A DNA stretch of 64,000 nucleotides, from NCBI RefSeq assembly GCF_006345805.1, contig NC_043008.1, forward strand, positions 2,294,001 to 2,358,000, read 5' to 3'. The notes under the pieces were generated by a model. It ran no database searches. It was not told the DNA's origin and worked only from the letters and a program-made list of their open reading frames with translations. Made by a program: the position numbers and the translations under genes. The DNA comes from Octopus sinensis (taxonomy: Eukaryota). Of this stretch, positions 1-12,960 are shown in pieces (position 1 is the first letter of the stretch; each line of letters starts with the position of its first letter).

Positions 1-1
1 A

Positions 2-968
2 TTAAGCAAACATCATCTCCCATTCCTTGATCTCCTAATTATAAAAACACCTAAGAACCAAATCATAACAGACATCTACCACAAACCTACAGACTCACAA
101 CAATACCTCCTCTTTAGTTCATGCCACCCAAAACACACCAAGACAAATATCCCTTTCGATTTAGCTAAAAGGGTATGCACCATTGTCTCGGATCCAAAAA
201 CACGAGAAATACGCCTTCAAGACCTCATAAAAACACTATTACAACGTCAATATCCCTCCACCCTTATAGAGTATGGAATAAAACGCGCCAAAGAACTAGA
301 CAACACTACTCTGAAAACCACCCAACCTAACACCACACACAACCTCAAAATACTTCCATACATTTCCACCCACAACCCCAAAAATATCGAAGCATACACC
401 ACAATCATACAAAACCTCAGTCTACTGTCAACAGACCCAAAAATGAAAAACATTATAAATACACACAAAATCCTCAAATGCAAAAGGCAACACAAATCTT
501 TAAAAAAACTCTTGACAAATGCCAAACTTCACACACCACATCCACCCCCAACAGTAAAAAAAATGTGCACGCTCAAACTGTGGTACCTGCCCCTTTCTAC
601 TTGAAGGCTCTGAATTTACCTTCAAACAAGGTACGAAGTTTAAAATCAAGACTAACTTCTCCTGTTCCTCCGAGAACCTTATCTACGTTCTCACATGCGC
701 TGGTTGCCAACATAATTATGTTGGACAAACGAGTCTCCCGTTACGTAAACGTGTAACGGTGCATAAAGAACAAATAAATCTCCCGGAATACCGACAAATT
801 CCACTGAGTGACCACTTAGACTCATGTGCTAAAGACTTAAACCCCAAATTCTATATATTCCCCTTCTACCAATGTAAAGACGGGATCACCACACAGGAGA
901 GAATTAACAAGGAGAATCTTTTTATTGAATCATTCCAAACACAACTTAATATGCAAACTCCTCGTTGA
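2..968 (+). mobile_element. Penelope-like element (Neptune-type), 3' part of ORF: RT thumb + Cys linker + GIY-YIG endonuclease; one +1 frameshift
   Basis: Frame from base 2 reads HLPFLDLLII...TDIYHKPTDSQQYLLFSSCHPKHTKTNIPFDLAKR (PLE RT C-terminus). After the A8 run at 556-563 the next frame reads CARSNCGTC...NLIYVLTCAGCQHNYVGQTSLPLRKRVTVH...KENLFIESFQTQLN (GIY-YIG), stop at 968. A Cys-rich RT-EN linker is typical of Neptune-clade PLEs. The element is cut by the window start. Confidence 0.92.
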
Positions 969-1600
969 TCAAACTTCCTTTCTCTACCTCACTCTTCATG
1001 GATGGACTAACACAAATATATAAAGATACCATGCATTCATCACTTCAAGCTAAAACTTATATTCTTTAAATATCATTTTTACTATTGTTGTTATTACTAT
1101 CATTTTTATTATAAATGATATGACAATTTGAAATGCAATTGTCTATGCAGATTTATATTATTAGAAAATAATATAAATAAAGTTTTAAAATCTGAAAGTT
1201 AAGTTAACAAGCAATTATATAAAAAAGATAATGCAAATGAAGCTAAAATGTTAGTTTTATAATTTGGGTTTTATTGAAGAACTCAAAAGAGTTGTCTCCC
1301 CTTACCCACAACACAGAAACTGAAGAACCAGGACCACAATTACTACTACTTCCTGTCCTGCAACATGCTGAATTTAACAACACAACACATCACATGCTCT
1401 TAATCCCTTTGGATCTTAACACCTCAAGGTAATTTTTTGGTAAACAACCATAAAACTCAAGATACACAACGAACTCACAATGTATCGGAGAACTTATTTT
1501 TTAATTTTTGTACATTTTTATCATTATTCTTTTACAAAAAACAATGCAATTTTCTTTTTTTCCCCTTTCTAATTTTTAAAATAACTTCTTAAAACATAAA

Positions 1601-1641
1601 TATTCTTGACAAGTCATACAATGACGAAAACCGGTTGAATA
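1601..1641 (+). ncRNA. Minimal type-I hammerhead ribozyme (U3-A8 core variant) in the PLE 3' region
   Basis: tattc-TTGACAA-gtcat(aca)atgac-GAAA-accgg-TT-gaata: 5-bp stem I, 5-bp stem II, palindromic ccgg at helix III. Same strand as, and about 630 bp downstream of, the PLE ORF. Confidence 0.7.
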
Positions 1642-1780
1642 AATATATATTTATATATTTTATCATTTTCTCATTTTATTAAAATTTTCTTTCATTTGAG
1701 CATTCTGCATTTTGAAAAAAAAATTTTCCTTACTTATCATTTCTCCACGTGCGGTCAACACAACCCCACCATTTATTGAT

Positions 1781-1814
1781 CTATATATATATATATATAA
1801 AGAGAGAGAGAGAG

Positions 1815-1893
<79 letters not shown>

Positions 1894-1919
1894 CATAGAT
1901 AGATAGACAGATAGATAGA
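1781..1919. repeat. Compound (AT)n/(AG)n/(GATA)n microsatellite
   Basis: Directly visible; explains ORFs 1663-1929 and 1781-2152. Confidence 0.97.
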
Positions 1920-2058
1920 CAGCTGACAACTGATAAATGGTCTTTTTTCTGTGTTAAGTTGTCTTGATCTCCATTTTTTTCTAGTTGTTTAAGTATTTCA
2001 CCCGTTCTTGTCCTGTAATTACTATAAGTATTGTTCTCTCCTTGCTTTCTCTGTGTCC

Positions 2059-2094
2059 CTTTCTGCAGAAGAGCGTAGGCTGGAAACGTAAAAG
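2059..2094 (+). ncRNA. Degenerate hammerhead-like motif in a pLTR-type repeat
   Basis: cttt-CTGCAGA-a-gagc(gtag)gctg-GAAA-cg-TA-aaag: 4-bp stem I, but A6 is replaced by C and stem II has a mismatch. Confidence 0.45.
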
Positions 2095-2188
2095 ACTTTT
2101 TTTTTCTATTCCTGAGCGTTATAATAATACATCTGTATGTTTTGTACAGCACCTGTATTCGTCTTTTGTTTCTTTCGTAAATTCACTC

Positions 2189-2200
2189 CATATATATATA

Positions 2201-2282
<82 letters not shown>

Positions 2283-2283
2283 C
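2189..2283. repeat. (AT)n/(GT)n microsatellite
   Basis: Directly visible. Confidence 0.97.
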
Positions 2284-2824
2284 TGCCTGTACACATGTAG
2301 AATATAACTGGAGAAATGCACATGCCCCCACGCACGCTTTTCATAATCCTCATGCCTATTGCCAAATATTTTGAATCGTTTATCTAATAAGGGAAAAACA
2401 ACAAGTCTTCGTGAATACCAGCCAATGGCTTACCATCAGCCAAGCTGTCTGGTGCTGGTTAAATCTTAAATTATCTGATTGAAATAGAGGCTTAGACACT
2501 ACTAATAGGATAATTCTATGTATTGATCTGTTTTCTATATTTTTTGAAAGAATTCTCTTATATTTAATTACTTCAGGCTTCAAAAATGTTTCTAATAATT
2601 TTATATATACTTTGGTGGAATAAATTCAATAATACCGGCGACCGCCAAACGGAATGTCTCATTTGAAAATATATTAGGCATGTGATGTGAATTTAACATA
2701 ATTTGTACTTTGAATACAGCTTGTTTATCTCTACCTCCTTCACTTAGATACGTTTCACTTCGAGTCCGTAATAGGACTCATGGTGTCAAAGAAATGATAT
2801 ACAGTACATATATAGGAGACTTAC

Positions 2825-2934
2825 CGTAACAATGAACCATTTGTACATGATTGTATACTCCACGGTTTCAGTATAATAATGTTTTTCAATATTTTTTGTG
2901 CAGAGTATTCTAAAAAACCCAAGATCATATTCCT
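2825..2934 (-). CDS. Candidate internal exon of an unidentified host gene (EYDLGFFRILCTKNIEKHYYTETVEYTIMYKWFIVT)
   Basis: Pyrimidine tract ttccttccttctcttctttaaatacaag (alternative AG 2 nt downstream), open frame, donor ACG|GTAAGT. No homology recognised. Confidence 0.35.
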
Positions 2935-3370
2935 CTTGTATTTAAAGAAGAGAAGGAAGGAATTATGACAAACAACAATACCAGTAGTAGTAGTAGTAGT
3001 GGTTGTAGTAGTAGTAGTAATTGTTGATTGCTGTTTAGAACTCAATCGAACTTGAGCGTGTACACACATAATGAGATAGGACGTTGCAGACTCATGTTAC
3101 ATTTTTTTTATATAACTTTTAACACGCTGCCTAAGACGTATGTAAAGTGAAAAGATAGTCACTTTGATTAATGGAATAAATGCAGCAATGGATTAATGGA
3201 CTAAAGGAACCGATCTGCAAATTCTATTTTCTGTTGTTAATTTAGAATATGAATTTGTTGGTAATTTCAATTCTAATTATTCTCAAATTCCTTATATTAC
3301 TCGTCTAAGTAATATAGATTTTCTTTAAAATGCAACCAAGTAAGATTTCCCAGATTTGTAACATATATTA

Positions 3371-3693
3371 TTTTCTACGCTAAACTCAAGGCCCGTAGTT
3401 TAGATGGACCTCAGTGCGTAACTGGTACTTAATTTATCGACACCGAAAGAATGAAAACCAAATTCGACCACGGCGGAATTTGAACCCAGAACGTACAGAC
3501 AGACGAAATACCTATTTCTTTACTACCCACAAGGGGCTAAACACAGAGAGGACAAACAAGGACAGACAAACGGATTAAGTCGATTATATGTACCCCAGTG
3601 CGTAACTGGTACTTAATTTATCGACCCCGAAAGGATGTTTGGCAAAGTCGACCTTGGCGGAATTTGAACTCACATCGTAAAGACAGACGAAAT
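3371..3693 (-). mobile_element. tRNA-headed SINE family A, dimeric, head truncated at (TA)n
   Basis: Reverse complement matches the copies at 13257 and 28507 (core gggtcgataaattaagtaccagttacgcactggggtcgat occurs twice). Confidence 0.88.
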
Positions 3694-4143
3694 ATATATA
3701 TATATATTATATATATATATACGTGTGTGTGTACAAATATATATTCATTTTTGCATATATATACATATGCATGTATCAATATGTGTGCGCATTCTGTGTG
3801 TGTGCATTTTTCTATATTTGTACATGTGTGCATGTGTGTTAATGAGAGTAATGGTGAGTATATATGTATGTCTGTCTATTTAGAATGTGAATATATGCAT
3901 TACGATTTCAAACGGAATTCAGGCCGATTACAGAATTTAGAATTGAGAAAGAAAATGAGAGATATTTTTGTTTAATATATGTTTCCCTTATTTGTCTCTT
4001 TAACTTGTTATGTAGTGGATCTCATAATCTTATTCAACATTGAGAAAGCAAAACGAAGACAGAAATTTTGCAGAAACTCTTCCTACAACGAAGACAAACA
4101 TTCTTGTCATGTTTTGAGTTAATGTAATATATATTTTGAAATG

Positions 4144-4250
4144 CTTTCCGGGTCGATAAATTGAACACCAGTTGCGTAGCGGGGTCGATCTAATCGACTG
4201 GTTCCTTTTCCCCATATTTCGGGCCTTGTGCCTAGAGTAGGAAAGAATAT
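4144..4250 (+). mobile_element. SINE family A 3' fragment
   Basis: gggtcgataaattgaacaccagttgcgtagcggggtcgatctaatcgactgg...gagtaggaaagaat matches the 3' module of 13257-13657. Confidence 0.8.
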
Positions 4251-5853
4251 ATATTTTGAAATTATACTTTGTTGACTGTTCAAGAATTTGCCCACAATAT
4301 AATTCGGATATTGCAATTCGTTTAGGCATCGTAAGATTCTAGTAAAAAAAAAAAACTACCAACCATATTATAGAGTTTCTTTTATTCTTGTAGCGATCCA
4401 TGAGGAAAATTGTCCACTGCTGCCGCTCACAGATACGTTATCCAATGAATCTTTAGCATTTACGTCCGCTCTGTACGCTTTTCTAATGAAATGGGCGTTA
4501 TGTTTCATATTTCGATTTATACGCTGCTTCTCTAAATAGTACCTGTCTCCGTGGTAATTACTTCGTTGCCTCGCAGAGCAATATTGTTTGCTTAAACACG
4601 CACCTTTGTAGCTTCCAGAATCTCATCTTTTTACTCAGAGAGAAAACACAATATAACAACAACTATTTTTTTTTTTTTCATCAGAATTTATAATCAGAAA
4701 GTGAGGTTAAGTCAGTGCTACTTTGATTTAAATATTTTGTACGGGGTTTCTTATGGAATCATTATTTTACAAATCATTTGGCAATTGTTTAAATCATTAC
4801 AGTAAGACAATTTTATTTTAAGTCTTTTAATGTAATCCTAATACAATGTATTCTATTGCTATTGTTCATCGTGGTATTTTACAACGTGTAATCAATCACA
4901 ATTATGCAACCATTAGGAAGCCAAATCCAAACAACGCAACTTGCTGTTCCACGTTGTTCCATCTATGACTAATTATCTCTTAGGATTTTAAGAAATAGAT
5001 CGATATTTGAAGAAAATATCTATCGCGATAAACATAACAGATCTATACTTCACTACTCAGCTCATAGGCACAGTGATAGAGTAGGCCTTTAATAAATCAA
5101 ATACTGCTTTGCGCGTAAACAACAGGGACGAAATATTTGGGTAAATGGAATCTGCTGAGCATTTCGGATGGGGAACTTTTTCGTTTGAATGTCATCGCCC
5201 AAAAATCTTCAGTCATTAATCTGCATCGCAAGAAAATAACATGATCTACATGATGAAATATTCCTTTCTGTTTCTCTCTCTTTCTATCTCTCTCTCTCTT
5301 TCTCTTTCGCTCTCCTTATATAACACTAAATACACAGACATGCGCAGAGACACACATGCACTTTTTTACCTGAATATAATGATCAATCCGTGCATTACGA
5401 GGCCTTGCACAAAAGTCGTGTGTGCGAGGATTTCTTAAAAGCTGAGTAAGTCAGATTCTAATGAATAGAAGCACATTTTTGTTTCAAGTAAACAAAAAAA
5501 ATATATATCTTCTTACAAATTCTACTCGGCAACTCTTTGAAATTTACTTTTGTATGAAAAACATAGCAATATCGAAGAGAAAGTTACGAATATCTTAATG
5601 CAAAACATTACTATTAATATGAATCCTATCAATGCGTCTCTGGATCCGACTCATTAAAGATACGAAGAGCAAGCATTGTGTCCGTCATTATGCAGTATTT
5701 TCAATGTTATTCATATTAGACTGCGTTAAACAAAAATGTAAGTGCGTTTTTATGAGCTCGGGTTGGTTTGTGCGAAGTATTGGTTACGATTTCTAAAACA
5801 TCACATGGACATTTAGAGATTAGCTTACACTTGTCACTAAATTGAAGCAGTAA

Positions 5854-6243
5854 TCTCTCTATATATAAAGCTGAAGTTGTCTGTGTATGGTAGGTTTGTT
5901 CGCCTTCAACTAACACTTTCTCCTGCGAGACCCTGCGGCGCAAGTTAACCAGAATTAAGAGTATGATAGAAAAAGGCTTCCTCCTCCTTCCATAGAAGAA
6001 AATGTTCAAATCGGACCATGTTAACACCAATAATTATTTATATCAAAAAGGTGCTTTTTTTCTATGAAAATCTCTATTTTGTACGATTTTTGATAGCTGT
6101 GTCGCCATTTTTCGGTGTATTTCAACCAGAAAAATGTTCACTTAAAGAGAATAACAAGCTACATAATGCAACATTTATACTTTTCGAAAATTCAATTCTA
6201 AATGGTCGAAACAAACACGAGCAACGCCGGGCGATACTGCTAG
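5854..6243 (+). mobile_element. Complete non-autonomous Helitron (about 390 bp)
   Basis: Starts A|TC (tctctctatatataaagctgaagttgtc). Ends with a GC-rich hairpin gcaacgccgggcgatactgc followed by CTAG|T. The A-T target dinucleotide and no TSD are canonical Helitron termini. Confidence 0.85.
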
Positions 6244-7541
6244 TTATTGATAATGGCTTTAGTTCGGTTGAATGCAGATTGTATATAAATTATATTGTTT
6301 CAACAAGGAACTTTACATACAGCTCTTGTTGCCACGTCGTATTCTTATATAGTTTTTTAGTCCTCTTGTGTTTTTAGTTATATACAAAAACTATAATTTC
6401 GCATATATTTAGGGGGATAAATTTTATTATATTCGCGTCGCTCTAATCTTTTGGATGTTGGAGCAAAGTAATCCGAAAGCAAAAATAAATAAATAAATCT
6501 GGAACTTTGCAACATTTAGTCACCAGGAATATCACAGCTATGAAAGCGATAACTGTAGATTATTTCTTCAAGGCTCTCATTTATTTATCAAGAACATGAT
6601 AGGAAACATGTATATAATAAAATAAGTAACATTTTGTTCATATTTTCTCTCATTTGTTTTTTATTCCTGTGTTTACTTTCAGTTTTCGTATGGAATATTT
6701 CTTTGTCCCTGAGGTGTCTTAGTTTCGAGATAGAAAAAAAAAACAATGTACCTAATCTTCCAACGAATTATTTATAACACTTCGAACGACATCCCGACAA
6801 TACACAGAAGAAAATATAGATAACAAAAACGTTTAATATTTACACTGATTTATATAAACATACAACCAACTTCTACAAAAAAAAAAAAAAAAATCATCCC
6901 TGTTGGCGTTTCCTCATATTTATTTTGACAGTGTAAAAGAAAAATATACCAAACGTTATAAAAAAATAATGCGTGCCCTCCGAAGCAGTGTAAAGCAAAA
7001 TAAAAATCATACGACTCTCTTCTTATGACACCAAAATAACAATCTTTATTGCATTTGAAATCGAAATGGCAAAATTAATCAATAACAGTGATGCCAGCAT
7101 GACTCAGAGTGTGAAAGGAATAGAAATAATTTCTTTACTCTATATTTTGCTTTGCTTGTATTTTTTTCTATTTTCTTATAAAATATTCTAAATTTTTCTG
7201 GCATGTTTTTCTAAAAGTATTCTGATAAAATTATCAACAAATTACTAAGAAAATATAAGAAACGTGGCGAAGTGAAGAAATTTATTTACATTGACATATG
7301 TGGGTATATATGTGTGTGTGCGTGTGTGTGTGTGTATGTGTTTCTGTGTGTCTGTGTGTTTTGTACATATTTACATTTCCGTGAATACATGTATTATGAT
7401 CATAGGTCATCTAAATAAGATATTTAATCACGGTGAGTGCACATTTCAATGTGTCACACCATTTTAGCTTTATATGTAGGTGATTTAAACAAACAAACAT
7501 ACATACAAAATATACCACATGAATTGAATAGTGTTTATAAG

Positions 7542-8148
7542 GAGCTCGCGAGAATGGAGAGAAGAGTAGATATCAACTCTGGATTTACGGTTGCTTTCGG
7601 ACAATTCTTGAGGCACCCATTTTCCAAGTTTAGGAAACTTTCCAAGTCATTGGAGATGATGATGAACAGTTGTATGGTTTGAACTAAGCTTTATTGCCAA
7701 TTCTTCAACTGATAATGAGGGATTTACTTCAAGTAATGCCTCAAGGAGTTTATCATCAAACTCAGCTGGATGTCCTGGTCGATCTTCATTTTCAAGGCTG
7801 AAAACTTCACTTCTGAATTTTGCAAACCATCTAGTTCTTTCATTCCAGCATTCTTTCCTATAAACTGAGTGTATGTTTCGAGTCACTTCGCCTGCAGAGT
7901 TTCCTTTTCTCTACTTATAAATCACTATGTGCCTTAAATGCTCTTTAGGTACTTCCATGTTAGGGAGGGTTTTTAATCAAAGACATTTTAATACTATTAT
8001 TCTGTAAAATAATAGTTAATTAGTTTACATGTACACAAATACATAACAGTGATGTTTAATTCCATTAGACATTCTAAAATACTATTAAATTTCATTCAAT
8101 TTTTTAAAGAAAGGTAAAGTCGGACAGAACTTATGGGATGGCCTAATA
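7542..8148 (-). mobile_element. Mariner transposon, 5' half (TIR + HTH domains of a decayed transposase)
   Basis: TA + TIR ttaggccatcccataagttctgtccgac at 8148. ATG at 7958 reads MEVPKEHLRH...RWFAKFRSEVFSLENEDRPGHP...GKWVPQELS (WVPHEL motif) with stops. The catalytic domain is missing. Confidence 0.9.
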
Positions 8149-8559
8149 GAATGACATGATGTGGCTGAATACCAAAGTTATAAATGAGGAAATTATTTAT
8201 ATTTATGTGTATTGCTTATGTATTCGCTTTTAGAAAATATAATTTTTGTAGAAGAATATAGATTGTCCCTTTCTTTTTCACTTGAGTTTATCAAGAATTT
8301 ACAAAAGCACCAGCCTTTCCAATTACTATAAGACATATAATTCAAAAGCAAGCTATTTCTTAAATTGATATAGTTAGAAACGAAATAATATATATATATA
8401 ACCTTTTACCATGGTTTAGATAATTTATATAGTATATTTATTGTAATTTCCTTTTTTAAAATAATATTGTAGGAGGCAAATACCCTTAAATAACAAGTCC
8501 TTAAATGCGCGACGTACATTTTGTAAAATATTATCCTGTTCTTTTAGTTCTTCACTCAC

Positions 8560-8573
8560 ATGTAAACAAAGGC
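8560..8573 (-). CDS. Candidate 14-nt micro-exon
   Basis: tattattctgtccctgtAG|gcctttgtttacat|GTGAGT; strong acceptor and donor. Confidence 0.3.
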
Positions 8574-8972
8574 CTACAGGGACAGAATAATATACCAACA
8601 CCTTTTTATATAAAGTAGACTGCCTTTATCAAGATTGTTTTACGAAATAACAGTAAATAATGACTAGCAGCGCCTCCATTTTACACCTATTGGGAAAGGA
8701 AATACAAGCCATTGATATTCATAGAAGCAACCCCGCAAAATCTGTAATAACGCAACGCTGCAAACGCAGGAGACACTGGAGATTTTCAAATTGTTTCAAA
8801 TAATTCATCCACGATATATCTTGTGCACGGAATCTTATGAAATATTCTCAATGAATATATTGTAGAGTTACAGTAGGAAAATTCAGTCAACATTTAAAAG
8901 ATGAATTCATTTGCCACGTAGCATTGGATTTTTCTTTGTCGTTGATAGGTCTGAAACAGGAATATCACTTAC

Positions 8973-9051
8973 GCCATTAATGAAGACGTTTCGAGAGAAA
9001 TAAGGATTTTCAGATTCGTTTCTTATCGTATTTATGCAGAAATAATTATTG
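8973..9051 (-). CDS. Candidate exon (NNYFCINTIRNESENPYFSRNVFING)
   Basis: NAGNAG acceptor with a weak pyrimidine tract, open frame phase 2 to 0, donor GGC|GTAAGT. Phase-compatible with the neighbouring candidates. Confidence 0.25.
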
Positions 9052-10251
9052 CTGCTTGGCATTTTGTTTCAAATAAAAACATAACAATAGTGCCTTATAT
9101 TTCCGATCTACTGCAATTATGGTAACTCTGTTGATTTATAATCCGTGCTTAATTTTATTTTCATAGTATCTTAGGGAATACGTTGATCAGCACTTGTGAT
9201 TTTATAGCTGATTTACATCACTTTTAAGATGCTATCTGCACGAGGATGTAGAACATTTAGTCCTTCCAAATAAAATTCTATTTGCAATCAGAGGAAACAT
9301 TTGACATATATTAATGTAAAACCTACTTAATTTAGCTTGAGGTATAACATATTTATACGTATAACATGGAGGTCGTTGGCGATAGCGATTATGTTAAAGA
9401 TAATTGGGAAATAGGATTATCAAAGCAGGTTGATTTTAAAGATGCGAAATAAAATAACGACGTTTCTCTAGATCAGCGCTAATTCTAGAATCAATAATAG
9501 ATTTAAAAGCAATGAAATGAATTGACCTCAGGTTATTGCTGAGGTTTGCACTGACTGGCAAATGTCCACTCTTTTCGAAGTTTAATTCGAAAATAAGTAG
9601 ATCATTATGATAAAAACTCTCATAGAGATCAATACAAACGCAATAAATATTGATAGCATGAGAGCTCTATGTAACATAAAAGTGACGAATACTTTTAGAA
9701 ATGTATGTACAACACTCTGAAATAAGCGAATTTCTAATTGCGATTTCAACAAGAACAAACATTAATTGCTTAGCTTTTATCTGAACAGTAGTTTCGTTTG
9801 TGATATTGAAGGTAACCTTTGAGGAAGATAGTGATTACTCATTGTAATCTCAGAAAGTGAGAAGCTACCTCGAACAAAGTACATTTACAATGTGAATTTT
9901 CAGCTGCCAAACAATGTCAAAAATATCATAATAATGCAACTTCATCAATAATGTGAGACTGTTACTGACCATAATGTTTATATTACAAATCACACCAATA
10001 TCTATATCGAACCGTCTTGACATTTATAGTAGATATGAAAACGGATGAAACTTATTAAACCATGGCGCTAAAGCTGATGTCTCTCGACGGAACTCTTTAC
10101 TGAACTAATACAAAATATCATTAAAGATGACTTAAAATGCGCCATAGCGACACAAATATTTGACCGAGCTAATTTATAATATATAAATATAATGAACGTT
10201 GTTTGTTAATTACATATGCCTCCTTATGAGTAGACTATATTGAGATCTTAC

Positions 10252-10332
10252 CGTTTTGTAGTACATCTGAAGCTACGAGTCGAAATAGCATCAATTTGGA
10301 ATGTGTACTCATCCTGATCAATCTGGGTTAAT
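10252..10332 (-). CDS. Candidate 81-nt symmetric exon (LTQIDQDEYTFQIDAISTRSFRCTTK)
   Basis: ttctgtttctatAG acceptor, only one open frame (phase 2-2), donor ACG|GTAAGA. Confidence 0.35.
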
Positions 10333-10893
10333 CTATAGAAACAGAATTTGTGCATGTTAATGCTATTATTCCTTATTTGACAACCAACGTCTATTTAATC
10401 ATTATAATCTTTATTCAGTGAGTGATATTACTGATTCAAACCATGTGAAGTAGAAAAGATTTGTTTGAATTTGAATGTGATTTAAACAGTGGAAGAGTGA
10501 GCTGAAAAATATTCATTCATCAATTGATTAAATGATAAATATAGATCATCCAATAATAGAAAATTTTTTGCCAATGTTGTTGTCAAATTAATTTTGTTTT
10601 CAAATTAATCGTATAGATCAATTAATCTTCTACGTATTTTTTTTGCTGCTCAAGTATGTGTGTATGTCGATGAAATCTAAATTAACAATTCCAAATGGAA
10701 GAAGTCAACATGTTTGTTATCATTCAGTTAGAAGGCATTTTAGAGAGAGGGGAAAAAAGTTGTGATTACTGTAATGCCTGAATATTATTTAATTTTTCAG
10801 TCCCAATCTGTCAATCATGTACGGAAACACACATACAAACACACACACACACACAGAGAAATCACGCATTAAACAGCAGCCCATGCACCACCA

Positions 10894-11156
<263 letters not shown>

Positions 11157-11160
<4 letters not shown>

Positions 11161-11470
11161 CACATGACCACGTGACCGACCTGGCTATCAGATGTTGCTA
11201 CACATCGCTGGTCACAAAGCGCTTCGCATTGTTTTACCCTTCAAATGATGCCACCCCGCTGGCTAAGCGAACAGGGCAACAGAAGAGTGAGAGAAAGTTG
11301 TGGCGAAAGAGTACAGCAGGGATCGACGCCTCCCCCTTCCGGAGCATCGTGGAACTTTATGTGTTTTCTTTCAAGTGTAGAGGGAATTTTTTTTCAAAGC
11401 ATTTCCCAAGACAGAGATTACTCGGATGGTTCAGTCAATCCACCCACTCACAATGCCCGGTCTGGGAATC
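11157..11470 (-). mobile_element. tRNA-headed SINE family B, with an internal insertion of about 69 bp
   Basis: Reverse complement aligns with 24958-25248 (gatccctgctgtactctttcgccacaac...tgtgaccagcgatgt...acatctgatagcc). Confidence 0.85.
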
Positions 11471-11839
11471 GAATATCTTAGACGATGATACAGAGAATGT
11501 TAATGACAAAAATGTCAGATTCTCACTGCTCCATATACTGGAACTCCAGGCAAGAGACACGCAAGCTTTATTCATTTCCCCTCTAATGTATCCGATAGAC
11601 TCGCAACCTCCATCAATGTCTATAATTAAACGATCTATTTTATGATTAATAGGACAGATCGTATGACCAAATCTTGGTATTGACCCCGGTGACTCCAATT
11701 CCAGTAGAGTGACTGCTACTTCATTAGTTCAAATATAAGTTGGGTGTAAAACATGACCCTCTCCAATCTGTCTGCAGTTGCATTGGAATAGCAGCATAAA
11801 CAACAATGGTCAGTGTTTCGTACCCTCTGTGGTATATTT

Positions 11840-12200
11840 CATCCATATTCCATATGTCCCTAATATATCCAAAAACACTGAGAAAGTTTGTATCTGTGTT
11901 CATAAATCGATTCTCCCAGAGTACAGACTACAAGATCAGATAACAAGCAAAGAGGATGTACCATCTTGGCAAGCAGAAATTTCCTTGCAGCACGCTTAGA
12001 GAAAGATTGGCATATGAGACGAGATACACTAAGTGGTCCCTTTGAAGGAAGACGCATAGGACTTTCAGACAGAAACGGTGCAACAAATGGGATTGATTTA
12101 AGGCAGTTCGGGAAGATCAGTGCCAGCAACGAAGCAGGTCGGGTTACACAACAAGGCAACATTGCAAATGCTGTGAGCACCAAGATTTAATGCGATGGAA
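11840..12200 (+). mobile_element. Decayed RTE-clade LINE, ORF C-terminus
   Basis: Frameshifted segments RLQDQI..., W...GPFEGRRI and GKISASNEAG.VT...HCK resemble the RTE C-terminal region and terminal C2H2-like motif. Confidence 0.5.
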
Positions 12201-12509
12201 ACAAGGTATTGTGCAAATATCGATTAGCTTCAAATTTACAGAGTTATTCAATCATTATTTAACCTATACAACGTTCATGGTGTATAAGCGACATAATCAA
12301 GGTCTACTGATCAACCTTGAGCAAAGCAGCGCCATTCCATACGTAAGAACTGACAAGATCAAAGACAAATGCGAAGCTGTTGGTTAGATGCAGTGTAATC
12401 ACTACCAATGAAATTACTTACGTACCAACCAAGTCAATATTTAAGTTTTAAGTGGCTTCCTGTTGAGAAGATGCCGGAAATTTGCGTTGTATTTCTTCTA
12501 CAAATACTA

Positions 12510-12960
12510 ATGAATTGTCGAGTAAATATTTTCCAGAGAAAATATATTACTAAGATAAATCGCTTGAGTATTTAAAAGGTCTTCCATGTTCTTAATTACC
12601 CTTCTCCTTCCTTTCACACAGTTTGTAATTAAAATGAATACGGAGGAGGGGATTCGGATCGCCAAGGGTCTTTTTTGATCTGACGTCCTAAAGGCAATAT
12701 GTTTTTTCCACATACGACCAAGCTAAGTTGCCAAGCACACTTCTGTTAATAATCCTCCCAAAGGCAAAAAGGATGGGCATATACGATTCTCTCGCGTAGA
12801 AACCTACAAATGTGTTCAGTAACATCAAAAGACGAAAGTCACAATATCCAAACCTGACCAGGCTAAGAGTATTAGCCTGTAGGCTGGAAACGTTAAGGCT
12901 ACCCACGATTTCTTTCCATACACCGTAGAGAAAGAGCTTCTTTTGACATGAAGACATTTC
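12510..12960 (-). mobile_element. Highly decayed Tx1/L1-like ORF2 C-terminus
   Basis: KKLFLYG, LAWSYVE and FILITNC...LLNTQAIYLS align loosely with the 26217-26793 copy (DKLYRHG, LWAYVE, FIILVAM...LETNTFLS). Confidence 0.4.

Noticed and set aside
478-756. ORFs 478-756 (+) and 247-525 (-)
   Set aside because: Alternative frames overlapping the real Penelope frame.
12855-12900. gtaggctggaaacgt 15-mer shared with 2075, suggesting another hammerhead
   Set aside because: No CUGANGA-type core directly before stem II and no stem I.
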